A DNA stretch of 64,000 bases from Octopus vulgaris (GCA_951406725.2 OX597831.1:82150001-82214000); one strand, 5' to 3'. Counted from the first letter of the stretch, positions 1 to 12,164 are shown. Made by a program: numbers and translations. The notes: generated by a model not told the origin, from the sequence alone.

Positions 1-1189
1 ATATATATATATATATATATATATACTTAGGTGTTGGGGTGGGAGAAGGTCTGTTTATGTCTGTCTTTGTCTGTGTGTTTGGCGTGGGGTGCGCATGGGA
101 ATATGTCTGCGCCTTTCTGTGAGTGTGTGTGTACGTGTGGGGTGTATGTAATCTGCCTGCATGTCTACCTGTTTACGTCTGTGTGTGTATGTATAAGGGT
201 ATGTGTATGTGTTTGATGTCTGTATGCTTGTATGTAAATTCGTCTGTCTGTCCGTGTGTCTCTGTTCTTTACCATTTTGCTTATCTTCTGCAAATGTCTA
301 GGTTGATGACCCCGTTTCTGAAATAGTTCCTTAGGAAGAGGTGACGTTGAACAGATCGTTTCGGGGCACTTCTAGTTACCCGAAATGAAAGGAGTCCCTT
401 TAGGGCCTTCCAAATTCTATTAGGGGGGGGTGAGCTGGAGTGACTCAAGGTGAGGATAACGCCAAGCCTGGATTACTCTTGTGCCATTTCGAGGATCAGA
501 AACTATTTCAAAGATGACTTCTAGCTAGAAAAAAAAGGGAGATAACTGTGATAATCTTTTCCACGAAAGAAACAAAACCTGAAATTTGGTGAGAGGAGGA
601 GGAGGAGGAGGAGAAGGAGGATGTAAAGTCGATTTCATTGAATCGAATACTCAACTGGTACTTTATTTTATCAACCACGAAAGAATGAAGGACATGTTCG
701 ACCTCGGCGATATTTGAGCTCAGAACGTATTGACAGGCGAAAACCCACAAAGTATTTTGTCCGGCATGTTAGATTTTCCAGCTCACCGCCTTTAAAGTCC
801 ACTGAAACAATTTATTCATGTCTATATTTTAGAGAGCCGTCTCCATTAAAGTTTAGCAGAATTTGCGGAGAAATTTAGTCTTTGTTGAATTATTTAAAGT
901 TTAACTAGTTTGTGTTTCGTTGCTCTGGAATACAGCGGAAGTGTTTGAATTTTATGTAATTAAAAAATGTCCTCTTTGAAGGTCGTTCTTTTAGAATTTC
1001 AGTCTTTGTCCATGATAGAAGGGTGGCATCGTTTACATTAATGCCACAAACATGGTTGGACCAGATTCAAGCACTGAGACAAAACTGAGTTATCAGAATG
1101 AAAGACTGTTGCTGCTGTGAAACCTCTGTCTTTTGATGTATATCGATGACTATATTATCCAATGCGTTCTTCCTTTTCTTTAAACGATC

Positions 1190-1345
1190 CCGTAATGAAG
1201 CGGTTCGGCAAAAGATACCGATAGAATAAGAACTAGGTTTATAAAGAATGAGTCCTGGGGTCGATTTGTTCGACTAAAGGCGGTGCTCCAGCATGACCGC
1301 AGTCAAATGACTGAAACAAGTAAAAGAATAAAAGAATAAAAGAAT
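1190..1345 (+). mobile_element. 3' fragment of tRNA/CORE-type SINE (family B, OR2-like)
   Basis: Matches the 3' part of the copies at 8360-8730 and 31203-31600 (ggggtcgatttg..cgactaaaggcggtgctccagcatg..cgcagtcaaatgactgaaacaagtaaaaga). Confidence 0.85.
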
Positions 1346-1359
1346 ATACACGTGAATGC

Positions 1360-1787
1360 ATTCTTTTATTCTTTTATTCGTTTCAGATTTGACTGCGGTC
1401 ATGCTGGAGCACCGTCTTTAGTCGAACAAATCGACCCCAGGACTTATTCTTTGTAACCCTAGTACTTATTCTATCGGTCTCTCATTGTCAAGCAATGTTG
1501 GTGGGGGTGACAAACACAGACACACAAACATACACACACACACACACACACACGCACACACACACACACACATACACATACACACACACACACATACACA
1601 CATATATTTATATACATATATACGACAGGCTTCTTTCAGTTTCCGTCTACCAAATCCACTCACAAAGCATTGGTCGGCCTGGGGCTATAGCAGAAGACAC
1701 TTGCCCAAGATGCCACGCAGTGGGACTGAACCCGGAACCATGTGGTTGGTAAGCAAGCTACTTACCGCACAACCACGCCTGCGCCTA
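1360..1787 (-). mobile_element. Near full-length tRNA/CORE-type SINE (family B, OR2-like)
   Basis: Reverse complement has tRNA-like head (ggcgcaggcgtggttgtgcggtaag...ccgggttcagtccc), CORE-like cttgggcaagt, internal (TG)n and shared tail; family name from recall only. Confidence 0.85.
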
Positions 1788-2599
1788 TAGATAAGAATGT
1801 TTGAATACATATTTACTTGTGCATGTATCAGCAGAAGTTTAGCTGTTTCACCGCTGAACTTAACTTTTCTCACGACCCCACAACATCGACGATAATAAAG
1901 GTTTCTAATCTTTGCCTAACACAGTGTCTCTAAGAAGACTCCATGAAGCAGCAATGTCTCCTGCTTTCTTTTACGATGCTAAAGGGTGACTTAGGCACGT
2001 GACTACAATTAGGTTCCATGATAAGAGTGAGGGCTAAACCAATCCCAATCTTTGACGGGTGCTTTATTTTACTGAGCCCAGAGAAATGAAAAGCAAAATG
2101 GACTTTGGTAGGATTTGAACTTAGAATATATAGCGTCGTAATAAACACCGCAAGACATTTTATCCGACGCTTTAACAATACTGCCAAGCGAGCGCCCTTC
2201 ACGCCAAAGATAATAACGCTAATTGGCCTTTCTGATAGCTTGAAGTCAGGTAAGGAGAGTACAAAGACAGCAATAAAGAAACTAAAGAACGGCAGGATAT
2301 CTCTGAAAGCTGCTTACGTTTTCGAAAGTAAGCAGGCGGTTGATATCTTGGCAACAGATTTATAATTTGGTGTCATTTTCAATAATAAACTGCGTGCAGC
2401 CTTTATAAACTATTGCCAATTCTCAGAGATATTGGAATTTTAAAAATGGATTAGGACAGAACTCTGCAAGATTTATGTTTTTATCTTTTTTTTATTTACA
2501 ATTAGTTTATTTTTAATGGAGTTAATTCTGAATGTTTCAAAATTTGGCTGGTTTACTGTCTTATATGGTGCTCATTAGGCAATTAGCTAGATCAAAGGT

Positions 2600-2752
2600 A
2601 CCGACAGCGCCTGGCAGGTGTAGATGCCATAAGGTGCTAATAGATATCAGTTAGTGTCAGTAGGTGCCATGAGGTGCCAGCAAGTGCCACAAGGTTCCAC
2701 AAGGTTCCACAAGGTTCCTCAAGGTGCTATAACGTGCCACGAGGTGGCACTA
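2600..2752. repeat. Degenerate ~10-bp minisatellite (aggtgccac / aaggttccac)
   Basis: taggtgccat gaggtgccag caagtgccac aaggttccac aaggttccac aaggttcctc aaggtgctat aacgtgccac gaggtggcac. Confidence 0.7.
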
Positions 2753-2810
2753 AACTCAGATAATTATGAGAAGTAGGCAACACTTTCGATAGACTAATTG
2801 AAAACATCTG

Positions 2811-2844
<34 letters not shown>

Positions 2845-3128
2845 ATATATATAAATATATACACATGCATACATATATGTACATGCGTTACACACACTAA
2901 TGCACGCACGCACGAGCGTACACACACACATATGCGCACGCTCACACAGACAGACAGTCGGCCATTTAAATCGTGTGTGTTAAATGGAGGCGCGATTGCT
3001 GTCTTCTCTCTCCGTAATACTCTCATCTTGACATACCGGAAGTAAAGGAAGATTGCAATCTTGGAAGTCAAATCATATTTTCTAAACCAAGAATCATTTC
3101 ACGTCATTTTACAGAAGTAAACACACGC

Positions 3129-3199
<71 letters not shown>

Positions 3200-3278
3200 G
3201 AGTAACGCGAAGTCATCAAAAGCATAAACACATATATTGATCTTGAATTCGTTCAAGAAACCAGATTTCTATACATGA

Positions 3279-3333
<55 letters not shown>

Positions 3334-3423
3334 GAGGTTGTTTAGCAAGAAATATTATATAAACAATTCGGTAACATATTTCATGTTATGAAGCATTTCA
3401 CTAGAATTCTATCTGCAAAGAGT

Positions 3424-3479
<56 letters not shown>

Positions 3480-4035
3480 AAGAGAGAGAGAGTGAAAGAT
3501 AGAGAGAGAGAGAGAGAGAAAGAAAGAGAGAGAGAAAGAGAGGGAGAGATTCTTATGGAGTGGCTTATATCTCAATTGTTAGACACGCTTATAGAATTGT
3601 TGATATTTCCACGGCCATCCTCATGAAATGATTTACTTCTCTAAAAACTTTCATACACAGTTGTTTATATCTCCACAGAAAAACACCGGAACAGAACGTG
3701 TTCTATCTGCCCCTATAGATATCCATAGATAGCATTGTGTTGCTTCTGTGCTTCCATAGAGTCGTTGATTCGTATCACCTCCCCTCAGTCAAGAGGAACT
3801 TCGTAAAACCTTCCCAGAGTTCACCTTTCTGTATTCCCAAAACCAAGTATTCCTTCCTCTTACCTTAGTTTCATCAAGTCCACCCAGTTTCAGAGTGTGA
3901 GTTCACGTGGCAGCAGTCTTTGAGTCGAAGACCATACATTTTAGATAGAGCTCCACGATGCCTTGAAACCAGGCTGTTGCTATTCATGAAGTCTCGCTAC
4001 ATGAGTTATGTGCTGGTAGGTTCAATACCAACCAA

Positions 4036-4269
4036 TAAAAGGCGGCGAGCTGGCAGAATGGTTAGCACGCCGGGTGAAATGCGTAGCCGTATTTAGTCTG
4101 CCGTTACGTTCTGAGTTCAAATTCCGCCGAGGTCGACTTTGCCTTTCATCATGTCAGGGTCGATAAATTAAGTACCAGTTACGCACTGGGGTCGATATAA
4201 TCGACTTAATCCGTTTGTCTGTCCTTGTTTGTCCTCTCTGTGTTTAGCTCCTTGTGGGTAGTAAAGAAA
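4036..4269 (+). mobile_element. tRNA-derived SINE family A, full-length, with target-site duplication
   Basis: aaggcggcgagctggcagaa...gagttcaaattccgccgaggtcgactttgcctttcatc...gtcgataaattaagtaccag; direct repeat taggttcaataccaaccaa at 4017-4035 and 4270-4288. Confidence 0.92.
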
Positions 4270-4518
4270 TAGGTTCAATACCAACCAACAGCTCTGAGTG
4301 AGTGACATCATACTTGGCCGAGTGAGAACATCTCTGCGTGGAATTTCATTTTCTCAAAATGAAATTAACGTTAAAAAGCGATGAACGCCACCACATCTTA
4401 ATTCTCTTCATCTTTATAACTGTGATAATAAAATATAATTAGTGTGATGATGGAAGTTCAGGTGACATTTCTAATTAATTTCTTTTTTCTTCCTTCTTTC
4501 TCTCTTTTAATTCTGCAG

Positions 4519-4665
4519 AGGTACAGGATGTGTTCGATCTGTTCGATTTCTGGGATGGCAGAGACGGATTGATCGATGCTGTTAAAGTTGGAGACTTACT
4601 TCGTTGTGTGGGTCTCAATCCCACACAGGAATTGGCCAGGAGACATGGCGGCACCAAAAAAGCAG
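4519..4665 (+). CDS. Myosin essential light chain paralog A (divergent), internal exon encoding EF-hand I region
   Basis: ttctgcag|AG acceptor and G|gtaag donor; 147 nt; translates (E)VQDVFDLFDFWDGRDGLIDAVKVGDLLRCVGLNPTQELARRHGGTKKA with the molluscan ELC signature FDFWDGRDG. Confidence 0.96.
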
Positions 4666-4787
4666 GTAAGATGAACGTCACACACACACACACATCTATA
4701 ATATTTATATACAGCCACATCTACCCTCACACACACACACACACACACACACCTGTACATATACATTCAAATGCACATTTACTCTCT

Positions 4788-4825
<38 letters not shown>

Positions 4826-5354
4826 CAAGCACAACTACACATTCACATATCAAAGCACATTTACACACCTGCATCCACACACTCAGATCTACACAAACAA
4901 ACACACACATACACACACACACACACCTATGCACACTTCCTGATACTTCCTCCCACACCAATTCCTCTCTCTCTCTTTCCTTAAAGCTCTCTCTGTAAAC
5001 CCAGATTCTCTAATGCTTTCCTCACCGACCTCCGTGTCATTATCCTGTGGACCCTTCTGACCCTCGGCACTTGGTGGTCCCTCAGTGCTCCTCAGGTACT
5101 GCACCAACTCGTTTCCTCTTCTATTCTTCCCACCCCTTGTCAGTCTCCGCTACATCTTCATGTGAGCCTTCCCTCTGCCAAGGTTCTTATCATTTCTTCC
5201 ATGTCACCAGTCTGACAGAACCTGTGAAGGCTATGGGCTCAGAACCTTCCCCAAAACTCAATAAAAACACAGAATATTTCTTTAGAAATATCTTTTTCTT
5301 GTCTTTTTGTTGTTGCTTTTTTTTGTTTTTGTTTTTGTTTTTTTTCTTTTGCAG

Positions 5355-5522
5355 GAGAGAAGCAGTTGACGTATGCCGAGTTCTTGGCCTGCTTCGAATC
5401 GGTGAAAAAGGAAACAGACACTGGCACATTTAAGGATTTCATGGAAGCCTTCAAGAGTCACGACCGGGAAGGATTAGGTTATGTTTCGGTTGCCGAACTT
5501 CGTCAGATTCTAACAACAAGTG
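5355..5522 (+). CDS. Myosin ELC paralog A, next exon (EF-hand II-III)
   Basis: Long T-tract then gcag|GA; G|gtgagt donor; 168 nt; GEKQLTYAEFLACFESVKKETDTGTFKDFMEAFKSHDREGLGYVSVAELRQILTTS; same size and phase as the paralog B exon. Confidence 0.95.
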
Positions 5523-6114
5523 GTGAGTAAACAAACCCTCGTCTACATTACACTGACAGTGGGAATAAAAGATCTTGAACTGGGGTTTCTCGAGCAGCGA
5601 AACATCGTATTCTGGTGCAAGAAGTGGGAATTAAGTCCTTCTTATGATATATATATATATATAAGCTAATTAACCCGGCGTTGCCAAGTCATTTTCACAT
5701 TAGAATGCCTTGAAAGACTCAGAATAACACTTCTACAAAAGTTGAATTTTCTCGATTTTAAGTACTTTTTCGTAGTACCAAAATGGTTGATGGTTTGTTT
5801 TATCTTTTTGCACAACGTACTTAGAAATGTTGCGAGAAGCTTTGAAGGTTAAGAAAAGAAGACAATTTAGGAAATTACAATCCTCGCTTCTTTTAATTTC
5901 AAATAGAAAATGAAACGTAATTTAAAACAATAGTGACATTTTTTCAATGCTTTTATTAACCCACCTACATAAATCCTTAAATTTCGGCTTCTTTTCGAAA
6001 TACGGACAATCCGAAAGTACAATTTCTTTCTGCGAATAGATTTTTAAAGAGCATCAGATAAAGATTTTCGTTACCTTGAATTATGTCAGTGGTTATACAT
6101 ACATGCATACATAC

Positions 6115-7580
6115 ATCTTAAGACGAAGGGGAAGAACATTTCAATGAACTTCTGAATCGACCATCAGTTGTTGATGAAAAAAGTATTGATATGATTCCAC
6201 AGAATGCACCGATTGAATGCTTAGATGACACCCCGTCAGTGGAGGAAGCAGTAAAAGCAGTACCAAAGCTGAACACTGGCAAAGCACCGGGAGTCTGAAC
6301 GTGGAACTATTTAAGTTTGTGGGGTACTACTTTGCTAGAAATGCTGACAGCAGTAATACAGAAGATATGGAAAAAATAAAGTTGTGCCAAAAGACTTGAG
6401 GGATGCAGTCATGGGAGTTGTGTTGAAGGGTAAGGGACAAAAGGATGAATGCAATAACTTTCGTGGGTATTTGCCTGCTTGTTAGAGTCGTCGGCAAAGT
6501 TTTATCACGAATAATGTTGGACCGGCAGCAGATATATGTGGTTAATGAGATTCTTCCTGAATCACAGGGTGGATTCAGAAATGGTAAGGGTACTGTTGAC
6601 ATGATCTTCTCTGCGCAGCAGTTACAGGAAAAGTATGTAGAACAGCAAATAGGACTTTATCAGGTATTCATTGATCTTACTAAGGCTTTTGACTCTGTCA
6701 ACCGAACTGTCTTGTGAGAGATCTTGAAGAGACTTGGATGCCCGGTTAAGTTTCTCACTATTCCGAAGCAGTTTCAAGATGGTGTGGAAATAAGGATCAA
6801 CATTGGTGGAAAGCTCTGGGAGCCTATCTCTATCATGAATGGGGCAAAACAAAGTGACACACTAACACCCACTCTCTTCACCCTCTATTCTGCTATAAGT
6901 TTGCAATTGGCTTTCAAAGGCTCCTATGAAGGCATCAGATACCACACACCAAGAAACAATCTTTAACATTAGAAGAGAGTCAGCTAAGTCAAGGACGTCC
7001 TCAACTCTTATCAGAGAGACCTCCTCTTTGCAGATGATTGTGATATTGTCACCCATACCAAGGAGGACATGCAAAATCTTATGCATGCAATTTCAATGGC
7101 TTGTGAGGCAATTGGCTTAATCACAAATCTAACTAAAACTGTTGTCATGTTTCAGCCAGCGCCAGGAATGCCAGACATAGAACCTGGTATCTTCGGGTAT
7201 GAAAGGAAACTTGCTGTGGTTTCTAAGCTTGTTTACTTAGGGAGCACACTAAATACATCGGCGAGTCTTGATGATCAAGTGTCTCTACGCATTCAGAAAA
7301 CCAGTTTTGGTTTTGGCAAAATGGAAGACCGCCTTTGGTATTTTCAATTGACAAATGGGAAGATTTAGCGCATTGTCGAGAGAAATGGAAAAAAGTTGTG
7401 TATGAAGGCAAAACTGAATTTGTGTGATGATCTTACATGTGATGAACGTGGAAAGATTTGTCATAGTGAGGCTGGGCTAAAGAGCCACATGAAATCACAC
7501 ACTTCACAACCGCGTTCATTGATTATAAATCAGCAGATGATTTCGAATACATATTCTGTCATAGAATTAAAAAGTGGCTA
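6115..7580 (+). mobile_element. Decayed RTE-clade LINE (reverse transcriptase fragment plus C-terminal C2H2-like motif) inside an ELC-A intron
   Basis: ILPESQGGFRNGKGTVDMIF, FIDLTKAFDSVNR, LFADD, YLGSTL, CDERGKICHSEAGLKSHMKSH; many stops and frameshifts. Confidence 0.9.
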
Positions 7581-7761
7581 AAATTGATGGAGCTGTAAAC
7601 TATACAATCACCAAGTTTTCTTACACTGATTGTCAAGAAGCATGCAAGTCTTTGGCAGGCCTCAAAAACCATATTCGTGCAGCTCATCGATGGTATTCTG
7701 GGGCATAAATAAATCAGGCAATGGCTCTACTCGAAATCGCGTAACCGTCACATACATACAT

Positions 7762-8291
7762 AGTGGCTGCCCCCTCGTTATCGAGTATGGCCATTGCACG
7801 AAGCTTAGTCAATGTTGTTATCGTGCAATGCCTGTGCAAGAAGATTTTTTTTAAGTGAGGAAAAGCTCACTAAGCAACAGCAGCCATAATCCGAAAACAA
7901 GAACAAGTCAACATCATCGGTAACCACTGAGCCGTAGGTTTTATGTCGGAGTTATCCCAGTTACCTGAGTTACCTTCTCCTAGAAGGATGCCCTAACAAA
8001 GGCTAGGAGTCCTTCACTCCCAATGGTCTAACCGCGCGATCGGGTATTCAGTCCGATTATTTCTATGTCCCCGCGCATGATACATCCTTAAGACATTTAT
8101 TGGATGGCCGTTGACTCTCAAGAGTTCCTCTGCCCTTTGACGGGTTTTGTTTTTCATCCCGCAGGGTGTCCAATAAACACCCACCTCACCAAGCAAGCTT
8201 AGTGGGGTTGCCGGTTTAGTCGCCGACGACCCGACCATGCAACAGATTGTACTGGGTTACATGTTACCAGTAGCACTCGAAAGTGACCTGA
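7762..8291 (-). mobile_element. Probable non-autonomous RTE-derived element between (ACAT)n tracts
   Basis: GC-richer 530-bp block bounded by ACAT repeats on both sides, ending in (TATG)n on -; resemblance to RTE 5' and 3' ends is from recall. Confidence 0.45.
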
Positions 8292-8329
8292 CATACATAC
8301 ATACATACATACATACATACATACATACA

Positions 8330-8359
<30 letters not shown>

Positions 8360-8360
<1 letters not shown>

Positions 8361-8730
8361 GTATAGGAGTGGCTGTGTGGTAAGAAGCTTGTTTGCCAAC
8401 CACATGGCTCCATGTTCAGTCCCACTGCGTGGCACCTTGGGCAAGTGTCTTCTACTATAGCTTCGGGCAGACCAGAGCCTTGTGAGTGTATGTGGTGGAC
8501 AGAAACAGAAAGAAGCCCGTCGTATACATATATGTATGTATTTGTGTGTCTGTGTTTGTCCTCACACGGTCGCTTGACAACCGATGTTGGTGTGTTTACG
8601 TCCTCCTAACCGGTAGAATAAGTATTAGGCCTACAAAGGATAAGTTCAGGGGCCGATTTGTTCGACTAAATGTGGTGCTCCAGTACGGCCGCAGTCAAAT
8701 ACTGAAACAAATAAAAGAATATATATATGC
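8360..8730 (+). mobile_element. SINE family B copy
   Basis: ggagtggctgtgtggtaag...gttcagtcccactgcgtggcaccttgggcaagtgtcttctactatagc...; shared tail. Confidence 0.88.
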
Positions 8731-8826
8731 AAGGGATATAATTAATAAATATCCTGGAAACAGTTGTAAGGCCTTCTATCTATAAATGTTCTAATATCTA
8801 CACAGCCTTGGTTTTTTATCTCATTG

Positions 8827-8889
<63 letters not shown>

Positions 8890-9197
8890 GTGTGTGTGTG
8901 TGATTGTGTATAGAAGAATATATTAATAAAAGGAATTCCAACCTTGTCTGATTTTCACGTTTTATTTACAATCTTATAATGATATAATATAAGATAATAT
9001 AATATAAAATAAAATAATAGAATGTTAAATGTTCATTCTGATTGAACTAGTACTTTCATGCATTAAATTATCCAATCTTCAGGTTCATGTAGTAATGGTG
9101 ACAGTCATGCTTCACAATTTTTGACAGTCAAAAATTGTGAAGCATGACTGTCACCACTTTTATTAATATATTCTTCTATACACAATCACACACACCT
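8890..9197. mobile_element. PLE pseudo-LTR-type insertion with inverted ends, between (TA)n arrays
   Basis: ~40-bp inverted termini (gtgtgtgattgtgtatagaagaatatattaataaaag / cttttattaatatattcttctatacacaatcacacac), internal perfect palindrome 9096-9156 and a hammerhead motif. Confidence 0.7.
9043..9087 (-). ncRNA. Minimal type-I hammerhead ribozyme motif (degenerate stem II)
   Basis: UGAAC-CUGAAGA-(weak stem II)-GAA-AGUACU palindrome-A-GUUCA. Confidence 0.65.
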
Positions 9198-9301
<104 letters not shown>

Positions 9302-9419
9302 GATTACTGTACATTTATCGCTTCTAATAAATCAACAGCGATTCATGCAGGCATGCAGTCATGAGAAGCACCCATAAATTCCATGGAATTCATGTCCGTA
9401 ATGCAAGCCATATGCTACA

Positions 9420-10320
9420 ATATTGTCCCAGAGAGGAAGGCCACTACACATAAGAACAAGAGGAAGGCCTCTACACATAAGAACAGGGAACTGTGTTGGG
9501 GTCACAGCTGCTCAGATATCCACTCTTGCTAGCTATGCATGATACAAAGGCCTCTCAGATGGAACAGATACCTGAAGATGTTGCGCTGCCAACACACGAA
9601 GCCGAATGAAAAGTAAAGTAAATAGGATACACTGGCGCAGGAGGAATTGCAATTCCTGAATCAAAATCAGTGCGCGACTTGGGCACTGGTGTGGGTAATG
9701 ATGTATTTTTCCAGGTGCATATTACTAAGTTGACAATAAAATGCAGCCGGTTGGCCGGACGGGTCCTTAGAACTTTCAGAACGAGAGAACGGGAAACCTT
9801 GATGATTCTCTGTCATTTAGATTACTGCTGCCAACAATGATCACCAATGGTAAAATTAACGACGAAGCTCGAAGCAATCCTGCGGAGCTACACAAAGAAG
9901 ATCGTCTGAATGTGACACGTCAGCGACTGAGAGAGACTGAAAAGATTAAGACTCAACTCCCAAGAACGAAGGCGGGGAAGTTACGCCGTAATATACACCC
10001 GGAAAATCCTAGAAGAACTTGTACCAAACTTTGGCATTGAAAGTTACACAAACAGCGCCATTGCATAGTACCAAATTTCCCCAAATTACCATCAGGATAC
10101 TAAACCAGATTCTGCAATAGCTTGGGTTTTAAGGGCTCACAAGCCTTCAATATCCTCCCACAAAGCCTGCCAAACCTACATGGGGTGGATCTAGGCATTT
10201 TCAAAGCAAAACCGGATTTCCTCCAGTCAAGAGATCCGAATGAGCCTATCTCGCAGCAAGAAACGCAGGTGAGGGCAGCAACACTAAACTCCCTCATTCA
10301 CCAAATGCCGCACATCAGAG
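9420..10320 (+). mobile_element. Decayed CR1/L2-group LINE 3' fragment
   Basis: Broken frames give VRDLG, VLRTFRTRERETL, LDYCCQ, LEAILRSYTKKI, RRRGSYAVIY..KILE, typical of CR1-like ORF2 C-termini. Confidence 0.7.
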
Positions 10321-10377
10321 GAGGTTTAACGGCATTGCCCCAGCATAGCCGCAGCTCCCGGTCTGATACTAGTAAAG

Positions 10378-10415
<38 letters not shown>

Positions 10416-11303
10416 ATTTTCAGGATGGTAATTTTTTTCCCCCAACTCGCTCTATATCGTTCTTCACTCGTTTATTACTGTTCTTCTTTTAACTCATGTC
10501 TATTGTCCGGACAATGAAGACGAGTTAAAATAAAGAGAAAGCGTCCTTGAGAACCGAGCGTGCGATGTCAAAAATGGTACTGCGAGGTGGCCGCACAATG
10601 TTGCAACCAACAGTGTCACAACACATCGTAGCAATGTGCAATAGTATCGTTGCGGAACCGACTACATTTAGGACAATCTCAGATTGTAGACTCTCCTTGA
10701 TCGAAAGTGCCTCATGCAGCTTCATTCCTGACTTTCCCTATAATCCCTTACATGTAATCGGGATTGTCCTGAATAGATCTTCGCGGGGTTGAACAAGTTT
10801 GAGCGTCTCGGACTCCGCCATCGACTGGAAGCTCTTAACGTCTTAGTAAGCACCTTTGCCTAAATCTTTAATCTCTGTATTTAGCAGAATTACGGACCTG
10901 AAGCAGTTTATTACGTTTCCTTTGGGCCATTTCTTAGCAGCGTTCCCTGGTTCAAACGACTGGATACATTCCCTACCCTCCACCTACCAACATATCTGGT
11001 AGGTTAGAACATCCAGTCCTAGTGTGGGTATTTACCTCACACAGTGGATCAAATCTAGGGAAAGTTCTCCAATAATTTTTATTTTACTTTATCGCAACTA
11101 CTCGGTGTCACGACAGCTGTCGAAGGAGGCACGATGGTCCATTTTATTCAGAAATTGTCGAGGCTTTAGTTCAATAGACATAACTTGAATATAAAAAAGC
11201 CATTTAATGTGGCTCTCTACCGATTCTACTACACACCTGCCTTAAAAAGCAAAACTAATAAACAATGACAATGGCAGCGTGGAAAATGTTTGTAAGCCGT
11301 TTG

Positions 11304-11375
11304 AGACCGCGACCTGTTCACTGACAAAACTTCGTGCTGCAGCGCGAAGCTTTGTCAGTGAACAGGTCGCGGTCT
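11304..11375. repeat. 72-bp spacerless palindrome
   Basis: agaccgcgacctgttcactgacaaaacttcgtgctg|cagcgcgaagctttgtcagtgaacaggtcgcggtct; 2 mismatched pairs. Confidence 0.95.
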
Positions 11376-11401
11376 GAAAGCGACGAAAATATTTTGACAG
11401 A
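11351..11401 (+). ncRNA. Minimal type-I hammerhead ribozyme motif with swapped G3:C8 core
   Basis: Stem I UUUGUCA/UGACAGA; core GUGAACA (11358-11364); stem II GUCGC/GCGAC; GAAA (11385-11388); palindromic stem III AAUAUU; H17 = U11394. Confidence 0.65.
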
Positions 11402-11794
11402 AATTAAATTTAAATGTTGAAGTGAGACTAACGGTTTTTGTGTGTTCTTAAATCAAGTCACTTGCTATGCAAGTGAATCTCCGAAATGAACAATGAAAAT
11501 AATAAAAATACGGAAATAAACGAATTACTGAAAAGATTATCCTAGTAGAGGAAGGGGAATAACTCTTGCCAATATTTCATACAAACTTAACTTCAGTTTG
11601 AGCCGTGGAGAATGTCGAAGATTTTGAACCTCGAAGCCAACAGTGCGCGTCACGTTAGCAGAAGCACATTGAGTTTAAAACCAGATCCACGTCATATTTA
11701 TTAGTGCTTAAGAGTCAAGGCTCTAGTCATGCAAATGTTGGGGGCAGGAGCATACTGCAATTAACGGCTGCTTTTGTTGGTATTAAGTTTTAAT

Positions 11795-11853
<59 letters not shown>

Positions 11854-12084
11854 GCTACTCAAATCCAACCTGAGTTATTTCCCATGATGATTAAATTGAT
11901 CAAAATATAATTTGAGTTAATTCCGTTCTTTCCTGAACACATAATTAACTATCTAATGTCCCCAGCATTAAATGTATTTAGTTATTTATTTTAATTAGTG
12001 CATTAATTTATTATGATCCTTAATGGTTTTAAGAATACTTATACTTTATCGAGGTATGTTAATCTCTCTCTCTCTCTCTCTCTC

Positions 12085-12120
<36 letters not shown>

Positions 12121-12164
12121 CAACAATTATATGCAGCAAAGTAATTTATTTTACTAAGCCCTTT

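Noticed and set aside
3775-3806. PPLSQEELR, resembling an ELC N-terminus (LSQDEI), as the missing ELC-A exon
   Set aside because: In-frame TGA just upstream (3766-3768), no in-frame acceptor, weak donor, one residue short
3869-3896. 28-nt AG...GT segment of the size expected for the ELC-A short exon
   Set aside because: Splicing to 4519 creates a TAG stop and the peptide is not ELC-like
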